Positions 1-11,413 of a DNA stretch of 64,000 nt are shown here, piece by piece. Both the position numbers and the translations under genes were made by a program. Source of the DNA: an uncultured Nitrososphaerales archaeon (GTDB lineage Archaea; Thermoproteota; Nitrososphaeria; Nitrososphaerales; Nitrososphaeraceae). The stretch covers positions 1 through 64,000 of the forward strand of contig CAVOHZ010000006.1 of NCBI GenBank assembly GCA_963695855.1, read 5' to 3'. The notes below the pieces were generated by a model that worked only from the letters and a program-made list of their open reading frames with translations, had not been told where the DNA came from and searched no databases. Each line of letters opens with the position of its first letter. Position 1 is the stretch's first letter.

Positions 1-115
1 TGGAATCCTCCATGTAATAAGGTTCAACTACCATGTATTTAGATTTTATTGTTAGAAATTTATTATTGTTGATTTTACAGCTAAATTATAAATAAACCGG
101 AGAATCAAACAAATA

Positions 116-769
116 TTGAATTTGGTAGTTTTCAGGGAGCTTAATTACTATGACAATAAATTATTGAAACAAAGTTTAGATATTTGTTTGACTTATTTTC
201 CTCTTCAAGAAACAAGACCCTTGGAAAAAACTATTTCGATGATACAAAAAGATAACAATTATCGTATTCTTGTAGCATTACAACATGAAACAGTAATAGG
301 CATTTCTTTATTTTATATATTTCCAGCATTAAAATTTGGATTATTGGATTCTATGGCAATTATAAAGGAATTTCAAGGTAAAGGAATAGGAAGAAAACTT
401 TTTAATTTTACATTTGACATATTTAGTTCAAGAATTTCTGATGGGATTGGACTTTTGATGGAAATCCAAAAAGATAATGTCCAAAACATTGAAGAAAATA
501 ATATTCGAAAAAACAGAATTAAATTTTATATAAATTTGGATTGTAAATTTCTTCATGGTATTAACTATTTAGCTCCATCGCAAATTGGCGGACAACCAGA
601 AGAGATGTATTTAATGATTAAACCTATTAAAAATATAAAATCATTATCAAAATACGATGTTTTCAAAATTGTAAATGCTATTTATTCAAAAATTTACGAT
701 CATAAAAGAGATAATTTGATTGATAAAGTATTTTATAACTCACCGGATATAATTTATATTAAAGATTAA
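116..769 (+). CDS. GNAT family N-acetyltransferase
   Basis: 217-aa ORF with acetyl-CoA motif A (IIKEFQGKGIGRKL) and downstream RIKFY motif. Confidence 0.8.
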   Translation: MNLVVFRELNYYDNKLLKQSLDICLTYFPLQETRPLEKTISMIQKDNNYRILVALQHETVIGISLFYIFPALKFGLLDSMAIIKEFQGKGIGRKLFNFTFDIFSSRISDGIGLLMEIQKDNVQNIEENNIRKNRIKFYINLDCKFLHGINYLAPSQIGGQPEEMYLMIKPIKNIKSLSKYDVFKIVNAIYSKIYDHKRDNLIDKVFYNSPDIIYIKD

Positions 770-775
770 ATAAAA

Positions 776-907
776 ATGGAAGATATTGCTGATTATATAG
801 CTATTGCAGTAGCTTCTTTGGCTATATTTGTATCTTTATACACTTTTAATAAAACTTCTGGTTTTAATAAATATCAAGAATTAGATGAAATGGCCCTGTT
901 AACCTAA
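776..907 (+). pseudogene. Small membrane-protein gene 5' end, cut by MITE
   Basis: MEDIADYIAIAVASLAIFVSLYTF.. hydrophobic helix runs directly into the MITE at 892. Confidence 0.35.
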
Positions 908-1010
908 GGGTAAAATAATAGTCATATTATATAATTCTATTATGTTCTGTGCTCACTTTTCCAAAATTTTTTCAATTCTATCCATCTATTTTCCTTAACT
1001 TAACAGGACC
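892..1010. mobile_element. 119-bp MITE with IS6-like terminal inverted repeats
   Basis: Ends ggccctgttaacctaagg / ccttaacttaacaggacc. Internal ttatgttctgtgctcacttttccaaaattttttcaatt recurs near 4826-4863. Ends resemble those of the IS6 at 6938-7661. Confidence 0.75.
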
Positions 1011-1152
1011 AATCCAACTATATCAAATGTAATTTTAATCATCAATATATGTCAATAATATGGATACCAAAAAAAGACAAATATAAACAAAACATAGGAA
1101 TTGAGTGTTTTTTACAAAGTATGACCAAAAAAACAAACAGAAGTTCCATAAT

Positions 1153-2508
1153 TTAGTTTCTGCTCTTGACAATTACTTTTATAGGATATTTTGGTTTAGT
1201 GAATCCAGCCAATCTTTTTGGTTCAAAACTTATACCTTCTTCTGTTGGCAATACTTTCCATCTTTGAAAAATAGTTGCCAGAGCAAGTGTTCCTTCTTGA
1301 ACTGCAAAGGTTTCCCCAATACAAGATCTAATTCCCCCACCAAATGGGAAATAGGCAAATCGTGGTAACTTGAATAAGAAATCTTTCGTCCATCTATCAG
1401 GAATAAATTTATCTGGATCTGCATAGTATTTTGGACTATTATGCATTGCATATTGACTCATAAAAATAACTGAATTGTTTGGTATTACATATTCTCCGAT
1501 TTTGTATTCTTCATTTGTCAATCTTGATAATGCCCATACTGACGGTCTTATTCTGAGAGTCTCTTTGAAAATTTTTTCACTGTATTCTAACTTGGGTAAA
1601 TCCTCGCCGTTTGGTATTCTTCCTTCAAGTACAGAATCTAATTCTTTCTGTAGTTTATCCTGGATTTCCTGATTTGCTGCAAGATAAGCCAAGGACCATG
1701 TTAGCGCAGTTGATGTAGTATCGTGAGCAGCGAATAGAAATACCATTGTTTCATCTCTAATCTGTTGTTCAGGTAACCCAACTTCACCACTGTCAGGATC
1801 TTTTGCTTTCATCAGATGAGAAATTAGGTTTGGTTTTTCAGGATTGGTCTTTTTAATATGATCCATCAGAGCATAAATTTTTTGATTTAAATAATCAAGA
1901 GAATCTTGGAACTTGTTTTGTTTTTCATCTTCAGTTGTTGCTTCTTCGACGAGAATATTCTCGACTGGCTCATGTACTTGAGTAAATGTTTCTAATATAT
2001 TTGTAAATGCATCACCAATTTTCGAAAATGTATCCCTATCCCTAAAATTGATTCCAAACAAAGATTCAGCCATTACACCCATGGCCAACATAGTCATCTC
2101 TTGTAATACATTGATTGTACTATTTTCTTCCCAATTATCAGATATGTGTTTTATATTGTCTACCATGATATCACTATAGGACTTGATCGAGTTAGGTAAA
2201 AATAATGGTTGTATAATTTTCCTATGTTGTCTATGAGATTCTCCTTCATTTAACAATAGACCGTTGCCCAAGAAAGGTCTTAATTCTGCAGCTCTTGTTT
2301 TGGAAAATAATTTGTAATCTCTGGTGAAAATTTGTTCAATGTAATCAGGATTACTTAAAATATAAACATCCTTTTGTAACTTCATATAAATAATATCTCC
2401 ATATTTTTGTATTATATCCATTAGAAAATCGAAAGGATTTTCATTAACGTTGGTCATAAATTCCGAAATAGAAATTTGAGGTCCTGGAGGATGTCTGTTA
2501 TTTGCCAA
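1153..2508 (-). CDS. Cytochrome P450
   Basis: I-helix AAHDTT, K-helix ETLR, PDRW meander, heme ligand FPFGGGIRSCIG. Confidence 0.95.
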   Translation of the reverse strand: MANNRHPPGPQISISEFMTNVNENPFDFLMDIIQKYGDIIYMKLQKDVYILSNPDYIEQIFTRDYKLFSKTRAAELRPFLGNGLLLNEGESHRQHRKIIQPLFLPNSIKSYSDIMVDNIKHISDNWEENSTINVLQEMTMLAMGVMAESLFGINFRDRDTFSKIGDAFTNILETFTQVHEPVENILVEEATTEDEKQNKFQDSLDYLNQKIYALMDHIKKTNPEKPNLISHLMKAKDPDSGEVGLPEQQIRDETMVFLFAAHDTTSTALTWSLAYLAANQEIQDKLQKELDSVLEGRIPNGEDLPKLEYSEKIFKETLRIRPSVWALSRLTNEEYKIGEYVIPNNSVIFMSQYAMHNSPKYYADPDKFIPDRWTKDFLFKLPRFAYFPFGGGIRSCIGETFAVQEGTLALATIFQRWKVLPTEEGISFEPKRLAGFTKPKYPIKVIVKSRN

Positions 2509-2776
2509 TAAAACTAAAATTGTATATTACTTTATAAAAATTACTTTATTAAAAATAAATTTGTTTATATAATTCTTATTTTTTATACTTGCCAGCCCCA
2601 ATAACGTGTCATACTTGAAACCTTCACAGGTTTGAATTTTAGTTATCAAATCTATTTATTCAATGGAACCAAGCAGATATGAATCCTATTACATTAAGAA
2701 TTTCACTTTCAAGTTAAAAAAATGCATTACAGATGAAATTAACATATATGTAAAATAAAATATATCATCAATAATA

Positions 2777-3103
2777 TTGAGCGATACAAATTCAGAATAC
2801 ATAAAACACAACAGAGTTAGACTCAAGGAAGGCTCACAAAAACAGGTTACTGAAATTTTCAAACAATTTTTTGAAGATATAAAGGGAACTGTCAAAGGTT
2901 TGAATGGATATGCAATTTTGGAAAACATAGAAAATGATAGAGAAACAATTGTTCTAACATTTTGGGAGACTAGAGAAGATATGGAAAATTACTATTCTAA
3001 AGATAACAATATTTTATCTGATCTAGTGGAAAAAGTCAAGCCAATGTTTGAGCAAATGCCAGAAAGATCAGATTATAAAATAGTATTATTTGAAATAGAT
3101 TAA
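2777..3103 (+). CDS. ABM (antibiotic biosynthesis monooxygenase)-like dimeric alpha/beta barrel protein
   Basis: 108 aa with pattern KGLNGY..IVLTFWETREDMENY. Confidence 0.7.
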   Translation: MSDTNSEYIKHNRVRLKEGSQKQVTEIFKQFFEDIKGTVKGLNGYAILENIENDRETIVLTFWETREDMENYYSKDNNILSDLVEKVKPMFEQMPERSDYKIVLFEID

Positions 3104-3119
3104 TTTTTGTATCTAATTT

Positions 3120-3578
3120 ATTAGCAAAAATTATTTGATATCCATCTTCTTGCAATCAATATATCATTTTCAATCGGATTGTGAGCTGATGATTGAAACT
3201 TTAATATTATGTTTGCATTAGTTTTTTGAAATAATCTAAAAATATTTTTGGTTTCAGTTCTGAAGACTATAGGATCATTTAATCTTCAAGTTAATAATAT
3301 CTTTTTTTGGAGATCTTTTTTAAAGGATTAGATATTAAGGAAACCATTGTTCTCGAAAGAATTGCGCTTTGAAATCTATCTGCACGAAGAAGAGCTATGC
3401 TGGAAGCAATATTAGCCCCGTTTGAAAATCCTGCTGCTATTTTTTGTTTTAAATTAAATTTATAATGTAATGAACAGATTTGGATCAAGTCTGCAAGCTC
3501 ATATCTTCTAAATTTAAGATCTTCAATATCAAAAACTCCCTTAGATAATGTTCTAAAGAAACGAGGCATACCATTTTC
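3120..3578 (-). pseudogene. Carboxylesterase/phospholipase (MhqD-like) remnant
   Basis: ENGMPRFFR..GVFDIEDL and GFSNGAN nucleophile motif. 5' half is lost at the MITE end (3579) and there is a frameshift near 3290. Confidence 0.75.
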
Positions 3579-4896
3579 GGCTGTGTTAACAGTTATGTAA
3601 ACACGTCAATAGTTGTTTCTTGTAAAATATTTATGATTGCTCTACCATGCTTTTTGTTATAGTTTTTGGTCCATTCTGTTACAGATTTACCTATCTCACA
3701 TTCATCTTCAAATGTAGAATTGTTTATCATCTGTCTTTGCATCCACATCCACCTAACTTCTATTTGGTTTAGTTCTGGTGATCTGGTTGGTAAAAATACC
3801 AAGTTTATTCTTGGATAGTGTTTTTGTATTGTTTCTTGTACTTTTTTGGATCTGTGTATAGATATGTTATCCAATACTAGAAATATTTGTTTTATTTGTG
3901 AATCGTATTTTCTGTCTATCCTTTTGATAAAATCTAGAAACTGTTTTCCTGTTTTGTTTTTGTAAGAGTGTGTATACATTTGATCATTTGTATGATCATA
4001 TACTCCAAATATGTTCAAAATACCATTGATTTTCTGTGCTCTTTCAACCTTGGATTGTACTTGAGACCATGATGTTCCTCCATATGTTTTTGCTGCAATT
4101 GGTCCTTTTTCATCTTGGTACAACAAGATTGATTTTGGAGGTATGTAATATCTCAGTTGTTCTATGTACTTTTTTTATATTGTATGCTGGATCCTTACTA
4201 TGTCCCAATACCATTTTTGCTTGTCTCCATCTGATTCCATGTTTTAATAGGATGTTTCTAATCTCTGTATGACTGATGCTATCTACCAGTTTCATCTCTT
4301 TCATTATAAATCCAGCCAACACACGCACGCAATGACCATGTAGAAAATGGCAATCCATAATGTTTTCGTGGATTTCTGGTTGCTATTTCTACAATCTATC
4401 TGTTTTTCTACCGGATCTGTAAACTTAATTGATTTATGTTTATGTATTTTAGATATTATCCCATCCATACCTTTTTCATTGAATCTGTGAATCCATTTTC
4501 TGATGTTGTTGTCATGATGGTTTGTAATCTTTCGTATTTCTGGCACGGTATAGCCATCATCTTTTAGTAGAATGATTTTAGCTCGATATCCAGATTCTGG
4601 ATCATCTTCTATATATCAACAAATGATGAAGAATGTTTCTCTCCTTTGTTGTTATGTTTCTGGGGTATGTATTCCTCACAAATGAGCTAACACGTAGTAA
4701 GCTAAAGCTGTTGTTATAAAGGTAATTTGTTTAAATAATCATAATTAATTTACAATAGTAATTAGGCAATCTATTACATAACTGTTAAGATAAGAATATA
4801 GTTGCGGATATTTTCTACTTATTTATTATGTTCTGTGCTCACTTTTTCCAGATTTTTTCAATTTAATTTGTGAATTTTTCTTAACTTAACAGAGCG
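3579..4896. mobile_element. Second 119-bp IS6-type MITE, split by an IS630 insertion
   Basis: 3579-3589 (ggctgtgttaa) + 4789-4896 (..cttaacttaacagagcg) rejoin to 119 bp and match the 892-1010 element. Confidence 0.7.
3590..4784 (-). mobile_element. IS630-family element, transposase frameshifted (ORF pieces 4304-4546, 4110-4358, 3593-4126)
   Basis: TIR cagttatgtaa/ttacataactg flanked by ttaa. HTH plus DDE motifs (YQDE, LDNISIH, LPTRSPELNQIE). Confidence 0.9.
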
Positions 4897-5200
4897 CCAC
4901 AGGCTTTCAGTATCTTTCTGTTGTAGGATAGATCCATTGCAAGATACACATGTAATTCTTTATCGGAATCTAAACGAAACCATACACGTACTACAAAACA
5001 TCTCAGGATAACAGTAGGGGAATAGACATATGTTCTTCCAAGTCGTGGCTTATTATTATGTGGCCAATGAATCAAATTAACCAAAAACAAAATACTATAA
5101 TAATTAGAATAGATGTGGATCTATTTTGTACTGCTAGTTTGTTGGTTTGGATGATCGTTTCACCAAAACATCATACACCAATAAACTAGCTTTATTCGTT
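4897..5200 (-). pseudogene. Transposase 5' remnant (IS5/ISNCY-like)
   Basis: KPRLGRTYVYSPTVILRCFVVRVWFRLDS resembles transposase N-termini; truncated at the MITE. Confidence 0.5.
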
Positions 5201-5447
5201 ATGAAAATGGAATAATAATTATGACCCAGCTCAATTATCTATAATATCAAATCCAAGCATAATTTCTCCACGCTTAACAAGAGATTGATTATATTTTCTC
5301 CAGTTTATCACATAATATGACTATAACAGGTTAGCTAAATATACTAGCAGTAGTGAATCATGCAACAAACCTAAAATATTTAATAATAATTTTTATTTTG
5401 ATATGAATAAATATGTAAAATAATAAATCAATAAAAAACAAAAAAAT

Positions 5448-5957
5448 TTATGTATCTTCTTTATTTGTAGAATCCTCTTCACTGGTGTTTGGTTCCACAT
5501 TATTAAATTGTTGCATCACTTGAGGATTTGCCACTGAAGCTTTGAATATTTGATTCTCTGCATTTAATACAGTAACTTGAATTCTAGTAAGAATATCCAA
5601 TGATTTATCAATGTCTGAACTAGCTATGGCATTGATAGCTTTATGTAAAACTTTTATAAATTTAGTAGGTAAAGGTTCTATTTGTAACAATTGTGCTTCA
5701 ACATCTCTAACACCTGTTAGTGCTTCTTTGAGATTTCCATCAACTATTGCTAATTTTGCTTTCATCAAATTATCCTTTAATTCAAAGATATCTACTTTCA
5801 TTAATGCCTGAACAGTCAGATTCATGTTTTGATTTTGTTGTTGTGATGCTGTTAGGTTGGTTGAATTAGTCTGAGCTTGTACGTTTTCTAGCAATGACGG
5901 AATCGATAAGAGACCAAGTGGAATTACCAAATAGACAATAATATTTTGATATTTCAT
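5448..5957 (-). CDS. Secreted/exported hypothetical protein
   Basis: Signal peptide ending VQA-Q, N/T/Q-rich linker, helical repeat body. Confidence 0.7.
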   Translation of the reverse strand: MKYQNIIVYLVIPLGLLSIPSLLENVQAQTNSTNLTASQQQNQNMNLTVQALMKVDIFELKDNLMKAKLAIVDGNLKEALTGVRDVEAQLLQIEPLPTKFIKVLHKAINAIASSDIDKSLDILTRIQVTVLNAENQIFKASVANPQVMQQFNNVEPNTSEEDSTNKEDT

Positions 5958-6504
5958 TTTAATAATATAGTAAGAGATTATTTATATGAGTTATGAATAA
6001 AATCTCACATAGAAGAACAAATAGAATTTTCTGAAAGTTTCTTATTATACTGTTTGAAATTATTTATTTATTACTACAATTGGAGATAACAATCCACAAC
6101 ATTTTTCTGAAGATGAATCTCTAAATAATTAGTAAGTAAAATAAAAACAATGAATATATATTTTGTAGAGGTCTATATACATAACTATAGACAAATTATA
6201 AATTATCAAAATTTACTCAAAAATAAGAACATATATAGTATCTTTGTTGTTGAGTTATATTCTGTGTGATTAACTATATCAGGACGGGTCAAATTATAAT
6301 AGTAACCTTTGAAATACCTGTAACTACCGCCAACACAATAATAAAATTGAATAATTGTAGTTTAATTAATTGATTAAAATATGTGTAATCAGTATTGAAA
6401 ATTTTAAATACTAAAATTTAGTTTTTTGTATAAAAGAATTTATACAAAGTACCATATAAAATTTAAGTAAGAATGTTGCACAGTCGTTCCCGAATCAAAC
6501 TTCA

Positions 6505-6937
6505 AAATTTATCTTTTCATTATTATTATTTGCTTTATCCATCTTTGAAACTGTAAATTGATCTATTATTATGTTATTTTGAGTTACATGGTGATAGTGT
6601 GGGAGTTCACTTTCATTTGCATAGAAAGTGCCTTTCAAAGTCTTATTATCAATATCTATATTTAGAAATCCAAAATGTTGATCATCTTCGTTAGCAACAA
6701 ATGGGGCTTGTTCTTCAATATCATAAAGAGATCTTCCTCCAGTTCCAATTATTAGGTAAATGACTCCATTATCATTATTATCATTATCATCATAATTATT
6801 TTGATTCTCATCTGCTATGATAGGAGAATTAGAACTATCTCCTCCGCCTTCGCTATTATATTTTAATGGAAAAGTCCTCTGATAATTGTGATTGTCACTA
6901 GTAAATACTAGGTAAACACCATACTTATCAAAAAGAG
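6505..6937 (-). pseudogene. Metallophosphoesterase (purple acid phosphatase-like) 3' fragment
   Basis: Reverse translation LFDKYGVYLVFTSDNHNYQRTFPL..YLIIGTGGRSLY..HFGFLNIDI matches the C-terminal half of 11414/20465; cut by IS6. Confidence 0.8.
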
Positions 6938-7661
6938 GGCTGTGTTAATTTAAGATAATATTCACCTCCTTTAACCAAAAATAATTCTTATTATTTGCTA
7001 TAGTATCATTATACATGGATACGAAGAATTGTATCCAGTTATGTACATGAAATAGATTACATTCATTTTCTTTTTGTATGCATGGATAGTAGTCATCAAA
7101 ACTTTCTATTCTGTCTTTCAAATACTGATTGACCCGTTCCATTAGACTTTTCTGAAATGGTGAGTGTAGATAATGTTTTAATTCAATTATGTTGCATGCT
7201 TCATCATACCATGTACCACCATCTGTATACACGGTATGTTTTCCATATTTTGATACAAGAGATCGAATGAACTTTTCAGCAATCAGCATATTTCTATCTT
7301 CTGAGAGATAGATTCCAAGGACAGAACTGTGGACTGGTTCAATACAAAACCATAACCAGAAGTGCTGGTTACCAATCTGAATAATGGTCTCATCTATAAT
7401 AAAAGCAGTTACTCTTTTTCTTTTATAGATCTGACAGGATCCAAATCTTTGAATCCAATTCCAAACAGAAACATAACTCCTATTTTGATCTTTAAATGGC
7501 CTCAATGCTTTAGACGTATTTCGTAGACTAAGACCAAGAAAGTACAAATAAAGAGAATACATTACAATAAAAGAAGATGTTTTATTTCTTTCAAATTTAA
7601 TTTTCATGGTATATTTAGAACATTCTCAGCTATAGCTTTTGCTGCTTATCTGAACAGAGCC
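6938..7661 (-). mobile_element. IS6-family element (transposase 6945-7607)
   Basis: TIRs ggctgtgttaa / tgaacagagcc. DDE motifs IDET, YTDGGTWY, MERVNQ; HTH GLSLRNTS..VWNWIQRF. Confidence 0.9.
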
Positions 7662-7789
7662 CAAAAATCTTAAATAAGAATCGTAAGAACAAATAAATAA
7701 TATAAAAAAATCTATTTTCTACCCTGATCTGAATATAGGCCTATTTTGTTCAATATTATATATACTATCGAAACGATCATCATAGGAAT

Positions 7790-8030
7790 GAAACAAATCT
7801 GATTCTCTCCATTCCCGAATCCTCGTATGATGTGTTCAACCCAAGCCATATTCCTTGGGTAACATTTTCCCCTGACAATTTGCTCTCAGAATTTACATCA
7901 TTACATCAAACATCTTTCTATATGGAATAATGGAACGACCTATTTTGTTCTCTGTTTCTAAATTATGTAAAATATTTTTAATTTTATTCCATAAATGATC
8001 TGGAATATGAGTAATTGTTCCAATATAATT
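7790..8030 (-). pseudogene. IS5-family (DUF4096-type) transposase remnant
   Basis: Degraded IPDHLWNKIK..IGRSIIPYRK..CQGKMLPKEYG..IREW with stops. Confidence 0.6.
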
Positions 8031-8260
8031 TTTATTCTTAAAGATTACAAGATATGACATGAAACCAAGGAGCTACTGTATATTTTGGGTAGGTTAAGTT
8101 CTGATCATCTCATTAAAAACGGAAATACTAACAAAAATATTTTACATATTAATAATATCATCTATTTCTTCAGAAATTTATTCAAGGTATTATCTTATTA
8201 CAATCCGTAACTTCAAATGAAAAAAATAAAGAAAATAACCAATACCGCAGTAACAATAAT

Positions 8261-8701
8261 TTATTTTCTTATAGAATCTACATCCATTGTTACCCTGAAA
8301 GGTTGTGAGTCTGACTTGAATTTATCTTCAAGACACGATATTTGTCCATCACCATTTTTGAATTCTATACAGGTAGTGATTGCTGTTCCAACTGTTATGC
8401 CAGGAGGAAAAAAGTCGGCATTGTCAAATTTAAATGTGTGTTTAATTTGTGCAGGAGTCTCCGAAATAGGGTCAGGAGAGCCTTCAATTTTTTCTTCCAT
8501 ATATTGGAACATATTTTGGTCAAATATAAGAGATGCATTAACGTATACTGTAACTTCTATATCCTTCTTTTTGACATTATCTAACGTAACTATAGCCTCT
8601 CTAACATCTTCATCCTTGAGTGCGTATATGCTATTCAATGAGAAAATATTCATTAGTATAACGCCCAGCGCCATGGATATTGCAAGAACCTTCATATTCA
8701 A
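8261..8701 (-). CDS. Secreted two-Cys protein, paralog 1 of 3
   Basis: Signal peptide MNMKVLAISMALGV..; KIEGSP, IKHTFKFDN and C-x9-C shared with 17340 and 29944. Confidence 0.8.
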   Translation of the reverse strand: MNMKVLAISMALGVILMNIFSLNSIYALKDEDVREAIVTLDNVKKKDIEVTVYVNASLIFDQNMFQYMEEKIEGSPDPISETPAQIKHTFKFDNADFFPPGITVGTAITTCIEFKNGDGQISCLEDKFKSDSQPFRVTMDVDSIRK

Positions 8702-10077
8702 TGTTTTATTACTAAAAAATGGATTTATATAGTGCGTAGAATTATTATTGAAAATGTATATATAAAAATCGGTGAGATATAAATAATAAATATATATTTT
8801 ACAGAGATCTATTTCTGACTATGTACAAATTTATATATTATCAGAACCTACTCGATAAGGCACCAGGATATAATATCTCTCTTGTTTGAAGATATTTCGC
8901 ATGACTAACTATATTGAAAATATCATGTCCCTATATGAAATTTTTGTATATAGGGTTTTCTAAAATACTATAATATATATGTACTCCTCATGATTCAATT
9001 TATAAATTTTAAATCTACGGAGGAAGCAGAATCGAACGCAAGACTTACTCCGTACTTTAAAAGACCAACACATGCATGTCTCTATATTTGTTTCATATTC
9101 TAATTTATTTAGATTGATAACAGTTTTTATTATCATCTATATTCATCTATACTAATTAGCATAACTATACCATTATTACCGTTATTGAAGTCATAATCCA
9201 TGTAATTGCGTCATTGAACTTTTGCTAAGTGGTATAGTTATTTTCATTAGTTGGCAAATTATATTAGAAAATATTGAACATATTTCTCTTTAGGTAATTA
9301 TTCTAGTAGAAATGTAGAGATGTGTTATTGGCATAATCACCTGGTCTTATCAGTGTGTCGTGAAGGCAATACTGCTATCTTTTGGTTATTCATATGGAAT
9401 ATTTTCTTTGGTCAGCGCAAGTTCTATGCTATGATTAGAATATGTATTAAAAACTAATTTGTATTTTTGTTGTTAGGCGTTGATTTTGTGTGAATATATT
9501 GATATGCCAGCTTGGAAACAAGTTTTACTACCTTATTGATTTCGGAAATAACTCACGTATCAGAGTTTTAGAATGAATCTGTTCTCTTGAAAGTAAATAA
9601 TAATAAAAGAGAATACGTCGAAGTTCTTTATTTGCAATCACTTTCAAAAACTTGTGTAAGAATGGTAGACCCAATCTAAAATTGATTTCAAATAAACAAC
9701 TTCTAAAAAATGTTGAAGCACTGAATCCATTACTAAAGAAATCATTATGAATTAGCAATTTCAAGCTGTATCTTAAAGTATAATATTCGAAACATTGTAA
9801 AAGAGAAAAGTTTCAAGATGAAATACTCTTCGTTTCTTTGTAGCGAGTTGTTTTAAAGTCATGAAAAAGTAAATACATGTATTATTTGAGAATTTAGTTA
9901 AAAAATTAAATTCTTTTGCTATCGTCTTGGTTTAATCAAGAAATTATACCTATTATTATAAATATGTTATTGAATTTCTAAATAATTCTTTTGATAATGT
10001 ACTGGATAGTTTACATTTGAATATCGATTGACCGATAAATATGTGACCTAAAAAAAAGGCATATAAGATTGCATTTA

Positions 10078-11145
10078 TATACTGACTAACTAAACTTCGT
10101 AGATATACTTTTAGCTAACTGTTATCTATAGACATTCAATAATTGAGAACGTCTAAACTAGATGTAGCATATAATAGAGAAAAAGATGCAGATGTAAAGG
10201 AAAGAATACTGCTTATTAGACGTATATTAGAAGACAAAAAGTACATAGAAGACGTAGCAAAAGAATTGCATAGATCCAGAGCATGGGCTTACAAGTGGTA
10301 CAAAAGATATAACGAAAATGGATTAGATGGATTGAAAGATAAGGAAAGAAGTGGTAGACCTCCAGATGTACCAAAAGAGATAATGGTAAAGATACAAAAA
10401 GAACTAACAGATAGTAATACAGGATGGGATTTCAGACAGGTAATGGATTTAATATACAACAGAACTGGAGTCAGATATCATGAGGTACATATTTATCGTC
10501 TATTACACAAATGGGGTTTCAAATCTAAAGTACCGCAGAAAAGGTTTGTAAATACTGCCTCAGCAAAGGACAAAATGAAATTCAAAAAAGAGTAAAACAG
10601 ATTCTAGCCAATTTAAAATCAGATTGGACTGTACTTGTACAGGATGAATCCATCTTTGTATATGATTATCTGATAAGAAGAAAGAAATGGATTTCTGCAG
10701 GAAAAAGACCGATAGTTACAGTTACTGGTTCTCGTAAGAAAACTATTGTTTTTGGCAGTCTATCTTTCGATGGTAAACAGTTAGTCAAACAATATGATAA
10801 ATTTAACAGCAATACATTTGTTGATTATCTAAAACATGTACAGAAAAGATTTGGTAAATACATCATATTTGTTGATAGAGCTACACCTCACTGTTCAAAG
10901 ATTACAAGAAGATTTCTTGATACTAATAAGGATACCATCAGACTGGAATATTTTCCTGTTGGTTCTCCTGAATTTAATGCAGTAGAAGAATGCTGGAGAC
11001 AAGGTAAGTATTACATTCTATCTAATTACTACTCCAATTTCAAGAATCTCAAATATACAATAACAAGGTATTATAGAACCAAAAGATTCCAACTAGACAT
11101 AACAAAATATCTCTTAAGGTCTACGAACTAATGTTATTGAGTATA
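10078..11145 (+). mobile_element. IS630-family element, orfA 10143-10595 plus orfB to ~11131 via a probable -1 frameshift
   Basis: TIRs tatactgactaac..ttcgtaga / tctacgaa..ttgagtata. AAAAAAG slippery site near 10584. orfB has QDES, VDRATPH, SPEFNAVEE. Confidence 0.9.
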
Positions 11146-11413
11146 GTAATCATAGATGCTATATGTATCTATAGTCTATTTAGACTTTAATACTAAGCCT
11201 AAGATTTCAATTAATAATAAATTCATTTAGTATATCTAATATTTATCAATATCAATTATATTAAATCACTAATGGTACGATAGCTTTATTTCATAAATAT
11301 TTTATAGATGTATATATTACTTTATATCTATACATAATATAGAGTTCTTATATTTCTAATCCATCTAAAATCAATTCGCTTTTTATCTTCCAAGTGGCTA
11401 TAATAAGTAATAT

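Noticed and set aside
8217-8732. 171-aa + strand ORF (and 17385-17789)
   Set aside because: Antisense to the conserved secreted-protein paralogs
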